Assembly (NCBI GenBank): GCA_902772925.1 | Contig: CACYCJ010000270.1 | Span: 3,498 to 67,497 of the forward strand | Reading direction: 5' to 3' | DNA: 64,000 nucleotides | Origin: an uncultured Lachnospiraceae bacterium | GTDB taxonomy: Bacteria > Bacillota > Clostridia > Lachnospirales > Lachnospiraceae | Shown: in pieces, positions 35,690 to 44,662 of the stretch | Layout of the letters: each line of letters begins with the position of its first letter | How positions within the stretch are numbered: the stretch's first letter is position 1 | The notes under the pieces: model-generated | What the model was told of the DNA's origin: nothing | The model's database searches: none | What the model saw: the letters and a program-made list of their open reading frames with translations, nothing else | Made by a program: the position numbers and the translations under genes

Positions 35690-38600
35690 ATGAAAAGTAA
35701 TGTGCTGAAAAAAGGAATATGCATATTTCTGGCTGTAATCCTGATTCCCGTGGTCGGTATGCTCTTATTCGGCGATAAGGCAGAGGCAATCTTCGGGGAG
35801 GAGGATCTTGTTCGTTATTCTCAATTTGCAGCCCGAAATACGATTGACGGATCAACTCTCTTCATTGGTACATATCTGATAAATCTGAATGCTCTTACGG
35901 ATGAATTGTACGAGAATGCGACCGAATCGGGTTCCAAATATAATCAGACAAACATATATTATAAATCCGAGGTGGGAAATAATCTTTGGTATAATGTGAC
36001 GAGCGGCGAAAACCTTGATGATATTATGAACAGTTCGAATGCCGTACCCGATTCCGAGATAGGACCTCTGTATGTACAGTACTATGTAGATGCAAACGGT
36101 AAGGTTACAGATGTTCAGTCGGGAAGAGAGATCAATCCGTTTAATGTTAAGGATCCTTATAATCTTTCCAAGATAAGTGAGCTTGAGTCTTTGTGGCTTA
36201 CATTTACAAACGGTTCCGGTAAGAGAATGGATCTGGACGAATATCTTCAGATGAAAAACTCCGAAGATACGGGAAACGAAAGAGTAGATTCATATAACTA
36301 CACTATACTTTCTGCATTCTTTTCAATGGATCTAACAGATGAAACAACTGATAATTACGATTCATTGCTCGATCTTCTGTACAGGGAATATAAGAGACTT
36401 AAGGCAGACGGAAAGGATGAAGAGGCGGATATCGTATATTCCGTTATGGCAAGCGTAGATGCATCAAGGCGTACCGTAATCCTGGAAAAGCTTGCCGGTG
36501 ATGATACAAATGCTCTCAGTACTCTGAATGATATGATTTCCGGTGAGTTTTATACATCTTCCGGATATTTCAAAAATCCGTTTCCTGGAGATATAGGTGA
36601 TCCCGGATTCATCAGAGAACTTAAGGAATCTATAATGTCTGTTAAGATAAAAGCCAAGGATTCCGATGATGCAACCGCTTTCCAGTCTGACAGTGCTATA
36701 GTTTCCTCCATAGGAGACAGCATGCAGAGCTGTCAGCAGTCATCTAACAGCTATCAGGCTAAGGCAATGGCTGATGATGATACGGTTCTCGGACATGCGA
36801 TATATGAGTATCAGAAACAGGTTATAGATGAAATATCATCCGGCGCTTCGGGAAGCTCGATAGAGTATCTCAGAGACCTTCTCAATATCAGGGACGGAAT
36901 GATAAAGCATTCGGACAGTGAACTTTACCTTCTTGACAGATCCCTTCTGCAGAATGCTGAGGATAAATACAAGGCAGGCGTATTGGCAGGTGAATCTGCC
37001 GGTTATAAAAATGCCAAGGCCGGAGGCGGGGCAGACTCCGCAACTGCTCAGAATGTTCTCGAATCGGATATGAGCAATCTTGAGGCTAAGAGAAACGAAC
37101 TGGAATTCCTTATAGAAGCTTATACAAACCGTGCAGAGCCTAAGGATTCACTGGTCTATATTGTAGGCTGCTTAAGCTGGTCGGAAAGTCTTTATAATCT
37201 GGTCAGAGATGATGACTTCGCATCCAGAGCAACGGGCTCTGTGGATAACCATATTACATGGCTGCAGGAAATGCAAAGCAGTATTCGCAAATCGGATGCA
37301 AGTCTTAAGTCCAAGCTGGATATCCTTAAGGAACAGAAGGAAGAATATCAGAAGCTTCGCGATAAGGCTCTTGATGAAAATAATCTTTCGGAAGCCAGAA
37401 TGTATGATTCGATGATCGATGCTGTTGATAAGGATATATCGGCAGAGGAAAAACGAACAGGAACTTCATCGACAGATGACCTTGCAACGGCAATTTTGAG
37501 TGATGCTCTTGAAAAGCTCTCTGAGGATCCGATGTCTGATGTTTCATCAGAGGTGACGGCCTTGAAGGGGCTTGCCGCATATGATGAACTGGATAAACTG
37601 GCTGACAGAATAGAAGACATAAATAAAAACTCGGATACAAAGAATACAACAGGTCCTGACGGTGACGGATCGGGCAGCGGATCGGGAAGCGGTTCCGGCA
37701 GCGGATCGGGCAGTGGTTCAGGCAGCGGTTCAGGCAGTGGTTCGGGCAGTGGCTCCGGCAGCGGATCGGGCAGTGGTTCCGGCAGTGGTTCGGGAAGCGG
37801 TTCCGGCAGCAGCTCCGGCGGTAAAACGGCAAATCAGGCGGCTAAGGATGCATTAAATGATGCTATAAAGAAGCTGGATAATGATCCTATGGCTGATGTT
37901 TCTTCGGAAACTGCAGTTCTTAAAGCACTCGGAGCAACAGATGAGCTGAAGGAACTGTCCGATAAGATTAAGGAAGCCGATAAAAAATCAGGAAAGAAAA
38001 ATACAACAGGTCCTGACGGTGACGGATCGGGAAGCGGATCCGGAAGCGGTTCAGCGGAAGATCTGGCCAAAGATGTCCTTAATGCGGCAAATAATAAACT
38101 GGATAAGGATCCGATGGCTGATGTATCCAATGAGGTGGCTGCACTGAGAAAGCTCGGAGCAGATGATGAATTGGATAAGCTGGCAGACAAAATCGCAAAG
38201 ATTAATAAAAACTCGGATACAAAGAATACAACAGGTCCTGACGGTGACGGCTCAGGAAGCAGCTCGAGCGGAAAATCCGAGGAAGAAGCCGCAGCTGACA
38301 GTCTTAATGATGCATATTTGAAGCTTGCCGCAGATCCTATGGCTGATTTAACACCTGAGGTTGCCATTCTTAAGGCACTCGGTGCAGATAGTGCTCTGGA
38401 TAAGCTGGCAGACAAGGTAGAAGAGACAAATAAAAAATCAGGCAAAAAGAATGATACGGGACCGAAAAGCGGAAAAGTCAGCGATGATCCCGATAAGCTT
38501 GCCGATAAGATTCTGAGTGATTCCTTGGCAGCGCTTAACAAGGATCCTATGGCTGATGTATCAAATGCCGTGGCAGCCCTTAAAAAGCTGGACGCTGATG

Positions 38601-39763
38601 AAGAACTGGATAAGCTTGCCGATAAAATAGAAGATATAAATAAAAAATCGGATAAAAAGAATACTACCGGACCTGACGGCGACGGCTCCGGAAGCGGTTC
38701 AGGCAGTGGATCAGGTGCAAAATCCGCAGATGAAGCTGCAGCTGACAGCCTCAGTGATGCTATTAAGAAGCTGGATAAGGATCCTATGGCTGATGTAACA
38801 CCCGAGGTTGCTATCCTTAAGGCTCTCGGAGCGGATGATGCTCTCGATAAGCTTGCTGATAAGATAGACGAAGTAAATAAAAAATCAGGCAAAAAGAATG
38901 ATACGGGGCCGAAAGGCGGAAAAGTCAGTGATGATCCCGACAAGCTTGCCGATAAGATACTGAGTGATTCTTTAAAAGCTCTGGATAAGGATCCTATGGC
39001 TGATGTATCAAATGCAGTGGCTGCTCTTAAGGAGCTGGGTGCTGATGAAGAGCTTGATAAGCTGGCAGATAAGATAGCGGATATAAATGAAAACTCTGAT
39101 GAGAAGAATACAACCGGACCTGATGGCGACGGCTCGGGAAGTGATTCCGGCAGCGGCTCGGGAAGCGGCTCGGGCAGCGATGCGGGAAGTGCCTTCGATG
39201 ATATATCAGAGACAGCTATGGGGCTCAGTGAAGAAGATATCATGGATGAGCTGGAAAGTGTTCTCGGAAAGAGCATTGATAAGATGAATGCGTCGGAGCT
39301 TGCCGTAACAACCGCAGCGGTTTCGAGATTTGCCGGAAGCGGCAATAATGCTGCAAATTCTCTTGCACCTGCTCTCGCAAAGAGAATGCGTCTTAAGAAC
39401 AACGGCTATCTCTATACTCAGTATAGGAAGAAAAGCCCCGAATATGTCAGCCTTAAGACAATAGCCTTCTGTACATCTTACAGATACTGCTATGACCAGA
39501 CAAGAAAGATCGCAACCCTTACAAAGGGTTCGGGCGCAGTGATATTCTATGACGGCTCAAGTAAGATAAAACGAGGCGGAGATGAAGAATATCTGAAGTA
39601 TAACGCAGTTGTAAGCAATGCACCTTATATTTCGGAGGATGACTCATTATCCATATTTAACTGCAGATGTGAATATGTTCCGAATTCCGCATACGCTGTT
39701 TGTCTTACAGATGTTATGGAAGAAAGAGTGAAGGAAATTATAGATGCGCTTGTCAGTGAATGA
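35690..39763 (+). CDS. Large secreted protein: helical N-terminal region, Gly-Ser linkers, seven helical repeats, C-terminal copper-amine-oxidase-N-like domain
   Basis: Signal peptide ending AEA. Seven DPM(A/S)D repeats. C-terminal YVSLKTIA...YDQTRKIATLTKG...PYIS pattern. Confidence 0.75.
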   Translation: MKSNVLKKGICIFLAVILIPVVGMLLFGDKAEAIFGEEDLVRYSQFAARNTIDGSTLFIGTYLINLNALTDELYENATESGSKYNQTNIYYKSEVGNNLWYNVTSGENLDDIMNSSNAVPDSEIGPLYVQYYVDANGKVTDVQSGREINPFNVKDPYNLSKISELESLWLTFTNGSGKRMDLDEYLQMKNSEDTGNERVDSYNYTILSAFFSMDLTDETTDNYDSLLDLLYREYKRLKADGKDEEADIVYSVMASVDASRRTVILEKLAGDDTNALSTLNDMISGEFYTSSGYFKNPFPGDIGDPGFIRELKESIMSVKIKAKDSDDATAFQSDSAIVSSIGDSMQSCQQSSNSYQAKAMADDDTVLGHAIYEYQKQVIDEISSGASGSSIEYLRDLLNIRDGMIKHSDSELYLLDRSLLQNAEDKYKAGVLAGESAGYKNAKAGGGADSATAQNVLESDMSNLEAKRNELEFLIEAYTNRAEPKDSLVYIVGCLSWSESLYNLVRDDDFASRATGSVDNHITWLQEMQSSIRKSDASLKSKLDILKEQKEEYQKLRDKALDENNLSEARMYDSMIDAVDKDISAEEKRTGTSSTDDLATAILSDALEKLSEDPMSDVSSEVTALKGLAAYDELDKLADRIEDINKNSDTKNTTGPDGDGSGSGSGSGSGSGSGSGSGSGSGSGSGSGSGSGSGSGSGSGSGSGSGSSSGGKTANQAAKDALNDAIKKLDNDPMADVSSETAVLKALGATDELKELSDKIKEADKKSGKKNTTGPDGDGSGSGSGSGSAEDLAKDVLNAANNKLDKDPMADVSNEVAALRKLGADDELDKLADKIAKINKNSDTKNTTGPDGDGSGSSSSGKSEEEAAADSLNDAYLKLAADPMADLTPEVAILKALGADSALDKLADKVEETNKKSGKKNDTGPKSGKVSDDPDKLADKILSDSLAALNKDPMADVSNAVAALKKLDADEELDKLADKIEDINKKSDKKNTTGPDGDGSGSGSGSGSGAKSADEAAADSLSDAIKKLDKDPMADVTPEVAILKALGADDALDKLADKIDEVNKKSGKKNDTGPKGGKVSDDPDKLADKILSDSLKALDKDPMADVSNAVAALKELGADEELDKLADKIADINENSDEKNTTGPDGDGSGSDSGSGSGSGSGSDAGSAFDDISETAMGLSEEDIMDELESVLGKSIDKMNASELAVTTAAVSRFAGSGNNAANSLAPALAKRMRLKNNGYLYTQYRKKSPEYVSLKTIAFCTSYRYCYDQTRKIATLTKGSGAVIFYDGSSKIKRGGDEEYLKYNAVVSNAPYISEDDSLSIFNCRCEYVPNSAYAVCLTDVMEERVKEIIDALVSE
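37460..39190 (+). repeat. In-frame poly-(Gly-Ser) tract and seven helical repeats
   Basis: More than 20 GS dipeptides at about 37665-37815 with mixed codons. Unit DPMADVSNxVAALKxLGADxELDKLADKIxxxNKxSxxKNxTGP occurs seven times. Confidence 0.9.
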
Positions 39764-39802
39764 TAAGTGAGTAAGCCTTCAGCTGATTAAGAGGAAAAAT
39801 AT

Positions 39803-40393
39803 ATGGCAGATTATCCGATAATTGCAGATGTTAGTGCACATATTGTGAAGAAGCTCAGGGAGAAAATGTGTCCCGAGCCCATTCCTTCACCGAACAATAT
39901 TGAAATATCATCCCCGCTTTCGCAGGATGTGGATTATCTGGTGGGACTTTATCTTTATGATATAGTCGAAGACATTCAGGTAATCTCCCCGCGTATGATA
40001 GAAAGGGGAAAGGCAGAGCTATCAAGACCGCCAAGACCATTTGCTTTATACTATATGGTCTTTATAAACGGTTCCTCCCAGATGGGACTAAAGGCACCGG
40101 ATATACAAAAGATCATCGGTAAGGCAGCGCAGATTATTAATGATAATAATTCTGTTCGCCCCGATGAATTGCAGTCATGGTTAACGACCCAGGAACCTCC
40201 GATTGTACTGTCTCAGGCGAAGATAAGTCTGGAGGAAAAGGTCAGGGTGTGGCAGGCTATCAATAAACCTTATCAGATAAGCCTGTTCTATAAGGCGGCA
40301 CCCGTTTACCTCTCAAGCGGCGAGATCATAGATACTCCTCGTGTTGTTGAGGCAAATATCGGACTGCATGTTGCAGGAGATAATGAATCATAA
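39803..40393 (+). CDS. Pvc16/Afp16-like (DUF4255) CIS tail terminator/cap protein
   Basis: IADVSAHIVKKL, LVGLYLYDIVE, ALYYMV, VWQAINKPYQISLFY and RVVE motifs; position upstream of the sheath gene. Confidence 0.85.
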   Translation: MADYPIIADVSAHIVKKLREKMCPEPIPSPNNIEISSPLSQDVDYLVGLYLYDIVEDIQVISPRMIERGKAELSRPPRPFALYYMVFINGSSQMGLKAPDIQKIIGKAAQIINDNNSVRPDELQSWLTTQEPPIVLSQAKISLEEKVRVWQAINKPYQISLFYKAAPVYLSSGEIIDTPRVVEANIGLHVAGDNES

Positions 40394-40422
40394 TTATGAC
40401 ATTGTTTCCATGACCGTAGATT

Positions 40423-40441
40423 GCATAAGTTTAACTTATGC
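40423..40441. promoter_or_regulatory. 19-bp perfect palindrome (operator or small hairpin)
   Basis: gcataagtt-t-aacttatgc in the intergenic gap just before the AAGGAGG RBS of 40463. Confidence 0.4.
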
Positions 40442-40462
40442 CGTAGGAAAGGAGGAATTAAA

Positions 40463-41203
40463 ATGGCAGCTTCTGTTATTAGTGCAAGGCTGGATCTTCT
40501 TGTAAGGCTTTTCGACACGACAACGGGAGCATCAGTAGACGAGAGAAGCGTTTATTTTATGAGAAACGGTATACCCGTCAGACCGGAGTCCAGAGGCGTG
40601 GGCATCTATGTTTTCATAAATACCGGCAGAGAAGATTTTCTCATGCAGATAAAGGTATATGGTTATGAAGATTACGAGAAACGCGTCATCTACGAGGAAT
40701 TAGACGAAAGGCTTCCGGTTTGCAATGTGTTCCTGATGCCATCTGAGAGCACATCATTGGGGAGAGATATACTTAGTTTCTCGGGCACTCTTCCTTTTCT
40801 AAAAGAAATAGAGGCCGTAAATCTTAACAAGAGTCTTTGTATGATGGGTAACTATACCTCCAGGACACAGACTATGACGGTTTTTCATCCTTCGGGAGGA
40901 AGACTGGTGCTTGACGAGGACTATTACGGTCTACTGTCGGAAGACAGAAAAAGTTATGAGAGAATCGAAGTCGAGAAAATGATCTCTCCGCAATCTGTCA
41001 AATTGAAGAGTCCTTTACAGGAAGAGGTTGTGCCTAACCTGCCGATAACGAGAATAGTGTACGGGGTTGCTGACACTGACGGGAACTATCTTCTCAAAGT
41101 AAACAACAACGGTCCCGATACAAGGTATCTTGTTCGTTATGTAGTAGGTGAAGAGGTAAGATTTCAGGAAATTGATTTTAATGATCAGGAGGATTTACAG
41201 TGA
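40463..41203 (+). CDS. CIS-associated hypothetical beta-sandwich protein
   Basis: ATG 40463 after AAGGAGG. LVRLFDTTTG and GIYVFIN motifs; lies between the cap and tip genes. Confidence 0.65.
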   Translation: MAASVISARLDLLVRLFDTTTGASVDERSVYFMRNGIPVRPESRGVGIYVFINTGREDFLMQIKVYGYEDYEKRVIYEELDERLPVCNVFLMPSESTSLGRDILSFSGTLPFLKEIEAVNLNKSLCMMGNYTSRTQTMTVFHPSGGRLVLDEDYYGLLSEDRKSYERIEVEKMISPQSVKLKSPLQEEVVPNLPITRIVYGVADTDGNYLLKVNNNGPDTRYLVRYVVGEEVRFQEIDFNDQEDLQ

Positions 41204-41589
41204 GTTTATTAGTAGCAGTGGGAGGTAATCTGATGTGTACCATGGGAACAGCTCCCGCGCCGATCAAGGTTACATCACAGAATAAGGTTCTTACAGAAGG
41301 GAAACCTGCAGCTACCATTCAGGATAGCGCACCGAATTCAAATGTCGGACCTTTCGGAATGTGCACTTCGCTTGCCAATCCACAGGTTGCTTCAGCTACC
41401 GCTGCAGCCATGGGAGTACTTACACCACAGCCTTGTATTCCTGCTCCCGCAGGTACATGGGTACCGGGAAAGCCCAAGGTACTTATAGACGGTAAGCCCT
41501 GTCTTACACAGGACTGTAAACTGGTTTGTGCATATGCAGGTCAGATTTCCGTAACCCTTCCGGGACAAAACAAGTCAAATGCGGATTGA
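41200..41589 (+). CDS. DUF4280 PAAR-like spike tip protein
   Basis: LMCTMG, PAATIQD, NVGPFGMC, PCIP, W.PG and KLVCAYAGQI motifs. Confidence 0.9.
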   Translation: MSLLVAVGGNLMCTMGTAPAPIKVTSQNKVLTEGKPAATIQDSAPNSNVGPFGMCTSLANPQVASATAAAMGVLTPQPCIPAPAGTWVPGKPKVLIDGKPCLTQDCKLVCAYAGQISVTLPGQNKSNAD

Positions 41590-41627
41590 CATTTTTCAGA
41601 ATCTAAACAAAGAAAGGAAAGAAAAAA

Positions 41628-43325
41628 ATGGCAGAATATTTTTCGCCCGGGGTATATGTAGAAGAATATGATAATTCCCCCAGAGGAATAGACGGAGTTG
41701 GAACAAGTACAGCCGGATTTGTCGGCCTTGCAGAAAAAGGTCCCGTTAGCGGAGCACCGGTTTTCGTTCCCAGTTTAAAAGCATTTAAGCAGATTTTTGG
41801 TGGTTACCTTAGTGAGTTTGCATATGGTGAGTACAGATATCTGGCAAACAGCGTTGAGCAGTATTTTGCAAACGGCGGAACCAGATGTTATGTAATGAGA
41901 GTTGCTCCTTCAGATGCAACAGAAGCATCGGCTGAGCAGGGACTTCTCACCGTTAAGGCAAAGAACCCCGGTACTTGGGGCAATAAAGTACAGGTTAGCC
42001 TGGTTTCGGTTAAGAGACATAAGATACAGCTCATTGAGAAGACTGAGACCGGATATAAGGCTAAGAGTATAGAAGGTGTTCGTGAAGGCGACATCATCGA
42101 GTTTGAAGGTTCTTATACAAGAGTTAAGACTATCATGGATAAGACCATCACCTTCGAGGACGAGCTTCCCGACAGTGCTGTTGACAGCAATATCATTCCC
42201 GAGTCATTACTTTATGTTGTAACATTTGATGTTGTCGTAAGATACGGTGATGATCTTGAGAGATATACAGACCTTACACTCAATGCGGCATCTCCTCTTT
42301 ACATCGGAGCAAAGCTTGCTAACAGTGAGATTATTGATATTGAAGTTGCGCCTTTGGAAAAGGCAGGCGATCCTGTTGAGGCAATCCTCGGCGCCGGAAC
42401 ACAGAGCGGAGCATTCTTCCTTGAGGGCGGATCTGACGGATCACCTTCAGAAATCAATGCAGGCACATATATCGGTCAGGATAACGGCCCCGGAAAGCGT
42501 ACAGGATTACAGGCATTTGTTGAGAACAGCAGCGTAAGCATTATGGCAATTCCCGGAATAACAATCCCCGAGGTTGTTGTTTCACTTGTCGGACATTGCG
42601 AGAATATGAAGAATCGTTTTGCAGTTATCGATATGCCTAAGGATTACTACAAGCCCGCTGATCTTATCAATTACAGAAGCATGGTTGATTCTACATATGC
42701 AGCTATGTATCATCCCTGGATAGAAGTATTTGATCCTTCTTCCAATAAGTCGGATTTCGTACCTCCTTCAGGCGCGATCATGGGTGTTTATGCAAGAACA
42801 GACCAGACCAGAGGCGTACATAAGGCTCCCGCAAATGAGACTGTATTCTGTACAGGTCTTAAGACCAGCTACACAAATCAGGAGCAGGATGTTCTTAACC
42901 CCGAAGGTATCAACCTTATTCGTGCACTTCCCGGACAGGGAATCCGTGTATGGGGCGCTCGTACAGCTTCTTCAAATGCTACCTTCAAGTATGTCAATGT
43001 CAGAAGACTCTTTATCTTTGTTGAAGAGAGTATTAAGGCAAATACAAACTGGGTTGTATTTGAACCCAATGATGCAACACTTTGGCAGAGAGTTCAGCTT
43101 TCTGTTTCCGGATTCCTTGATGGACTTTGGAGAAACGGTATGCTGGCCGGTGATTCACCGTCTGCAGGTTATTTCGTTGAGATCGGACCTTCAACTATGT
43201 CAAGGGATGATATCATGAACGGAAGACTTATATGTAATGTAGGTATCGCACCTTCAAGACCTGCCGAGTTCGTAATCTTCCGTGTAACTCAGTACACGGC
43301 AGAAGCCGGCGGTGGCGAAGAATAA
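41628..43325 (+). CDS. Contractile tail sheath protein
   Basis: YFSPGVYVEE, YFANGG, YAAMYHPW, RGVHKAPAN, VWGART, YVNVRR, WVVFEPN and RPAEFVIFR motifs. Confidence 0.97.
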   Translation: MAEYFSPGVYVEEYDNSPRGIDGVGTSTAGFVGLAEKGPVSGAPVFVPSLKAFKQIFGGYLSEFAYGEYRYLANSVEQYFANGGTRCYVMRVAPSDATEASAEQGLLTVKAKNPGTWGNKVQVSLVSVKRHKIQLIEKTETGYKAKSIEGVREGDIIEFEGSYTRVKTIMDKTITFEDELPDSAVDSNIIPESLLYVVTFDVVVRYGDDLERYTDLTLNAASPLYIGAKLANSEIIDIEVAPLEKAGDPVEAILGAGTQSGAFFLEGGSDGSPSEINAGTYIGQDNGPGKRTGLQAFVENSSVSIMAIPGITIPEVVVSLVGHCENMKNRFAVIDMPKDYYKPADLINYRSMVDSTYAAMYHPWIEVFDPSSNKSDFVPPSGAIMGVYARTDQTRGVHKAPANETVFCTGLKTSYTNQEQDVLNPEGINLIRALPGQGIRVWGARTASSNATFKYVNVRRLFIFVEESIKANTNWVVFEPNDATLWQRVQLSVSGFLDGLWRNGMLAGDSPSAGYFVEIGPSTMSRDDIMNGRLICNVGIAPSRPAEFVIFRVTQYTAEAGGGEE

Positions 43326-43364
43326 GATCAAGGAAACGAAAAAAAGAAAGGAAGATAATCAAAT

Positions 43365-43865
43365 ATGGCAGCTAATACATATGATAACGGTAAAGGATCC
43401 TATTATCCGTTGACAAAAATGAACTTCCTGGTCATGGTATCCGAGATCGCAGGTACTGCAGCGTTCTCAGAAGTGACAGGAGTTGAAGGATCAGTTGATG
43501 TAATCGACTTCAGACAGGGCAACTCAGGTTCCCTTGCACCTGTTAAGATTCCGGGACTTGTTAAGCACGGAAATGTAACCCTCAAGATGGGATATATCAT
43601 TGATAGTCCCTTCAAGACATGGGTTCAGGAGTGCGTAAGTGAGACAAGAGGACAGATGCCGAGATATGATGTAACGATCGAGCTGATCGACATTAACCCC
43701 GGTGCACCTACAACTACAGTTACGACACCTACCGGAACAAGAACATGGACACTTACCAATGCATGGGTAGCAAAATACAATGCACCCGATCTTGATGCAG
43801 GCAACTCAGGTGTTGCTATCGAGTCGGTAGAAATCGCATACGAAGAGCTTGTAATACCTAACTAA
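43365..43865 (+). CDS. Tail tube protein (T4 gp19/Afp1-like)
   Basis: FSEVTG, KIPGLVKHGNVTLKMG, WTLTNAWVAKYNAPDLDA and VAIESVEIAYE motifs. Confidence 0.95.
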   Translation: MAANTYDNGKGSYYPLTKMNFLVMVSEIAGTAAFSEVTGVEGSVDVIDFRQGNSGSLAPVKIPGLVKHGNVTLKMGYIIDSPFKTWVQECVSETRGQMPRYDVTIELIDINPGAPTTTVTTPTGTRTWTLTNAWVAKYNAPDLDAGNSGVAIESVEIAYEELVIPN

Positions 43866-43870
43866 TACTT

Positions 43871-43964
43871 TGTGTGCATTTTCAGGATACATGGACTTTT
43901 CCCCTTCGGCCGGTATTTTGCCGGCTGCGGGGGAGGGGTGCGTGTATCGTGCCAAGTGCATACG
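43871..43964 (+). promoter_or_regulatory. Long imperfect RNA stem-loop immediately after the tube gene
   Basis: 43871-43915 pairs with 43919-43964 almost continuously (about 40 bp, about ten G-U pairs). No U-tract follows. Confidence 0.7.
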
Positions 43965-44032
43965 GATATCATGCAGATAACAGCAAAAACACATTACGTT
44001 TCTTTCGATAATGTATTATCAAGGAGGTTACT

Positions 44033-44395
44033 ATGGTAACAGTTTATGACTTCACATTACCCAAGGGTTATGTTGATTCTACAGGTGAAATTCATAAAAG
44101 AGGCAAAATGAGACTTGCAACTGCCGGAGATGAGATATCGGCTACGAGAGACCCGCGAGTTCTTCAGAATCCGTCTTATCTTACAATAGTTATACTCAGC
44201 AGAGTCATAACCGAGCTTGAAGGAGTGCCGGGTGTATCCGCTACCATCATAGAGAAGCTGTTTACAGCCGATCTTGCCTATCTGCAGGATATGTATCAGA
44301 GGATAAATGATGTTGAACCGCCTACACTTACCGCGGTTTGTCCCGATTGCGGAAAAACCTTTGAGGTGCCGCTAAATTTTACCGCGGAGGGATAA
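44033..44395 (+). CDS. CIS tail assembly chaperone-like protein
   Basis: FTLPKGYVD, GKMRLATAGDEI, ILSRVITEL, LFTADLAYLQDMYQRIN and CPDCG motifs; AAGGAGG RBS. Confidence 0.88.
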   Translation: MVTVYDFTLPKGYVDSTGEIHKRGKMRLATAGDEISATRDPRVLQNPSYLTIVILSRVITELEGVPGVSATIIEKLFTADLAYLQDMYQRINDVEPPTLTAVCPDCGKTFEVPLNFTAEG

Positions 44396-44607
44396 GACTG
44401 TATCCGGAGGATGAACTGTATAAGGAGATGGCTTTTATCTCTTACTATTTTCACTGGGGAGAAGATTCCGTGATGCAGCTGGAGCATAGAGAACGGAGAA
44501 AATGGTGCAGTGAGATATCCGGTATCAACAAAGAGCTTAATCCCTCCAAAGAGAAGAGTAAGGAAAAGAGTATCACGGAAATGAAACCCATAAGCTTTTC
44601 GTTTTAA
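44380..44607 (+). CDS. DUF6760-like small ORF in the -1 frame, absent from the ORF track; possibly expressed by frameshift from the chaperone gene
   Basis: Translates YRGGIRLYPEDELYKEMAFISYYFHWGEDSVMQLEHRERRKWCSEISGINKELN...FSF-stop. The frame opens after TGA 44362-64, and there is no ATG upstream of the conserved LYxExAFIxYYFHW motif. Confidence 0.8.
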   Translation, partial: YRGGIRLYPEDELYKEMAFISYYFHWGEDSVMQLEHRERRKWCSEISGINKELNPSKEKSKEKSITEMKPISFSF

Positions 44608-44662
44608 GCCCGGGAAAATGTTATGGGGATTTTGATTTAATTAATTTTGTGAGGAACTGATC

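Noticed and set aside
37834-39402. 522-aa minus-strand ORF and other long antisense ORFs (e.g. 18624-19457, 47643-49595)
   Set aside because: They are shadows of repetitive or biased + strand genes, with no RBS or recognisable motifs.
44350-44357. GGA AAA as an alternative slippery site in the chaperone gene
   Set aside because: It is not a full X XXY YYZ heptamer, and a -1 shift there meets TGA at 44362-64.
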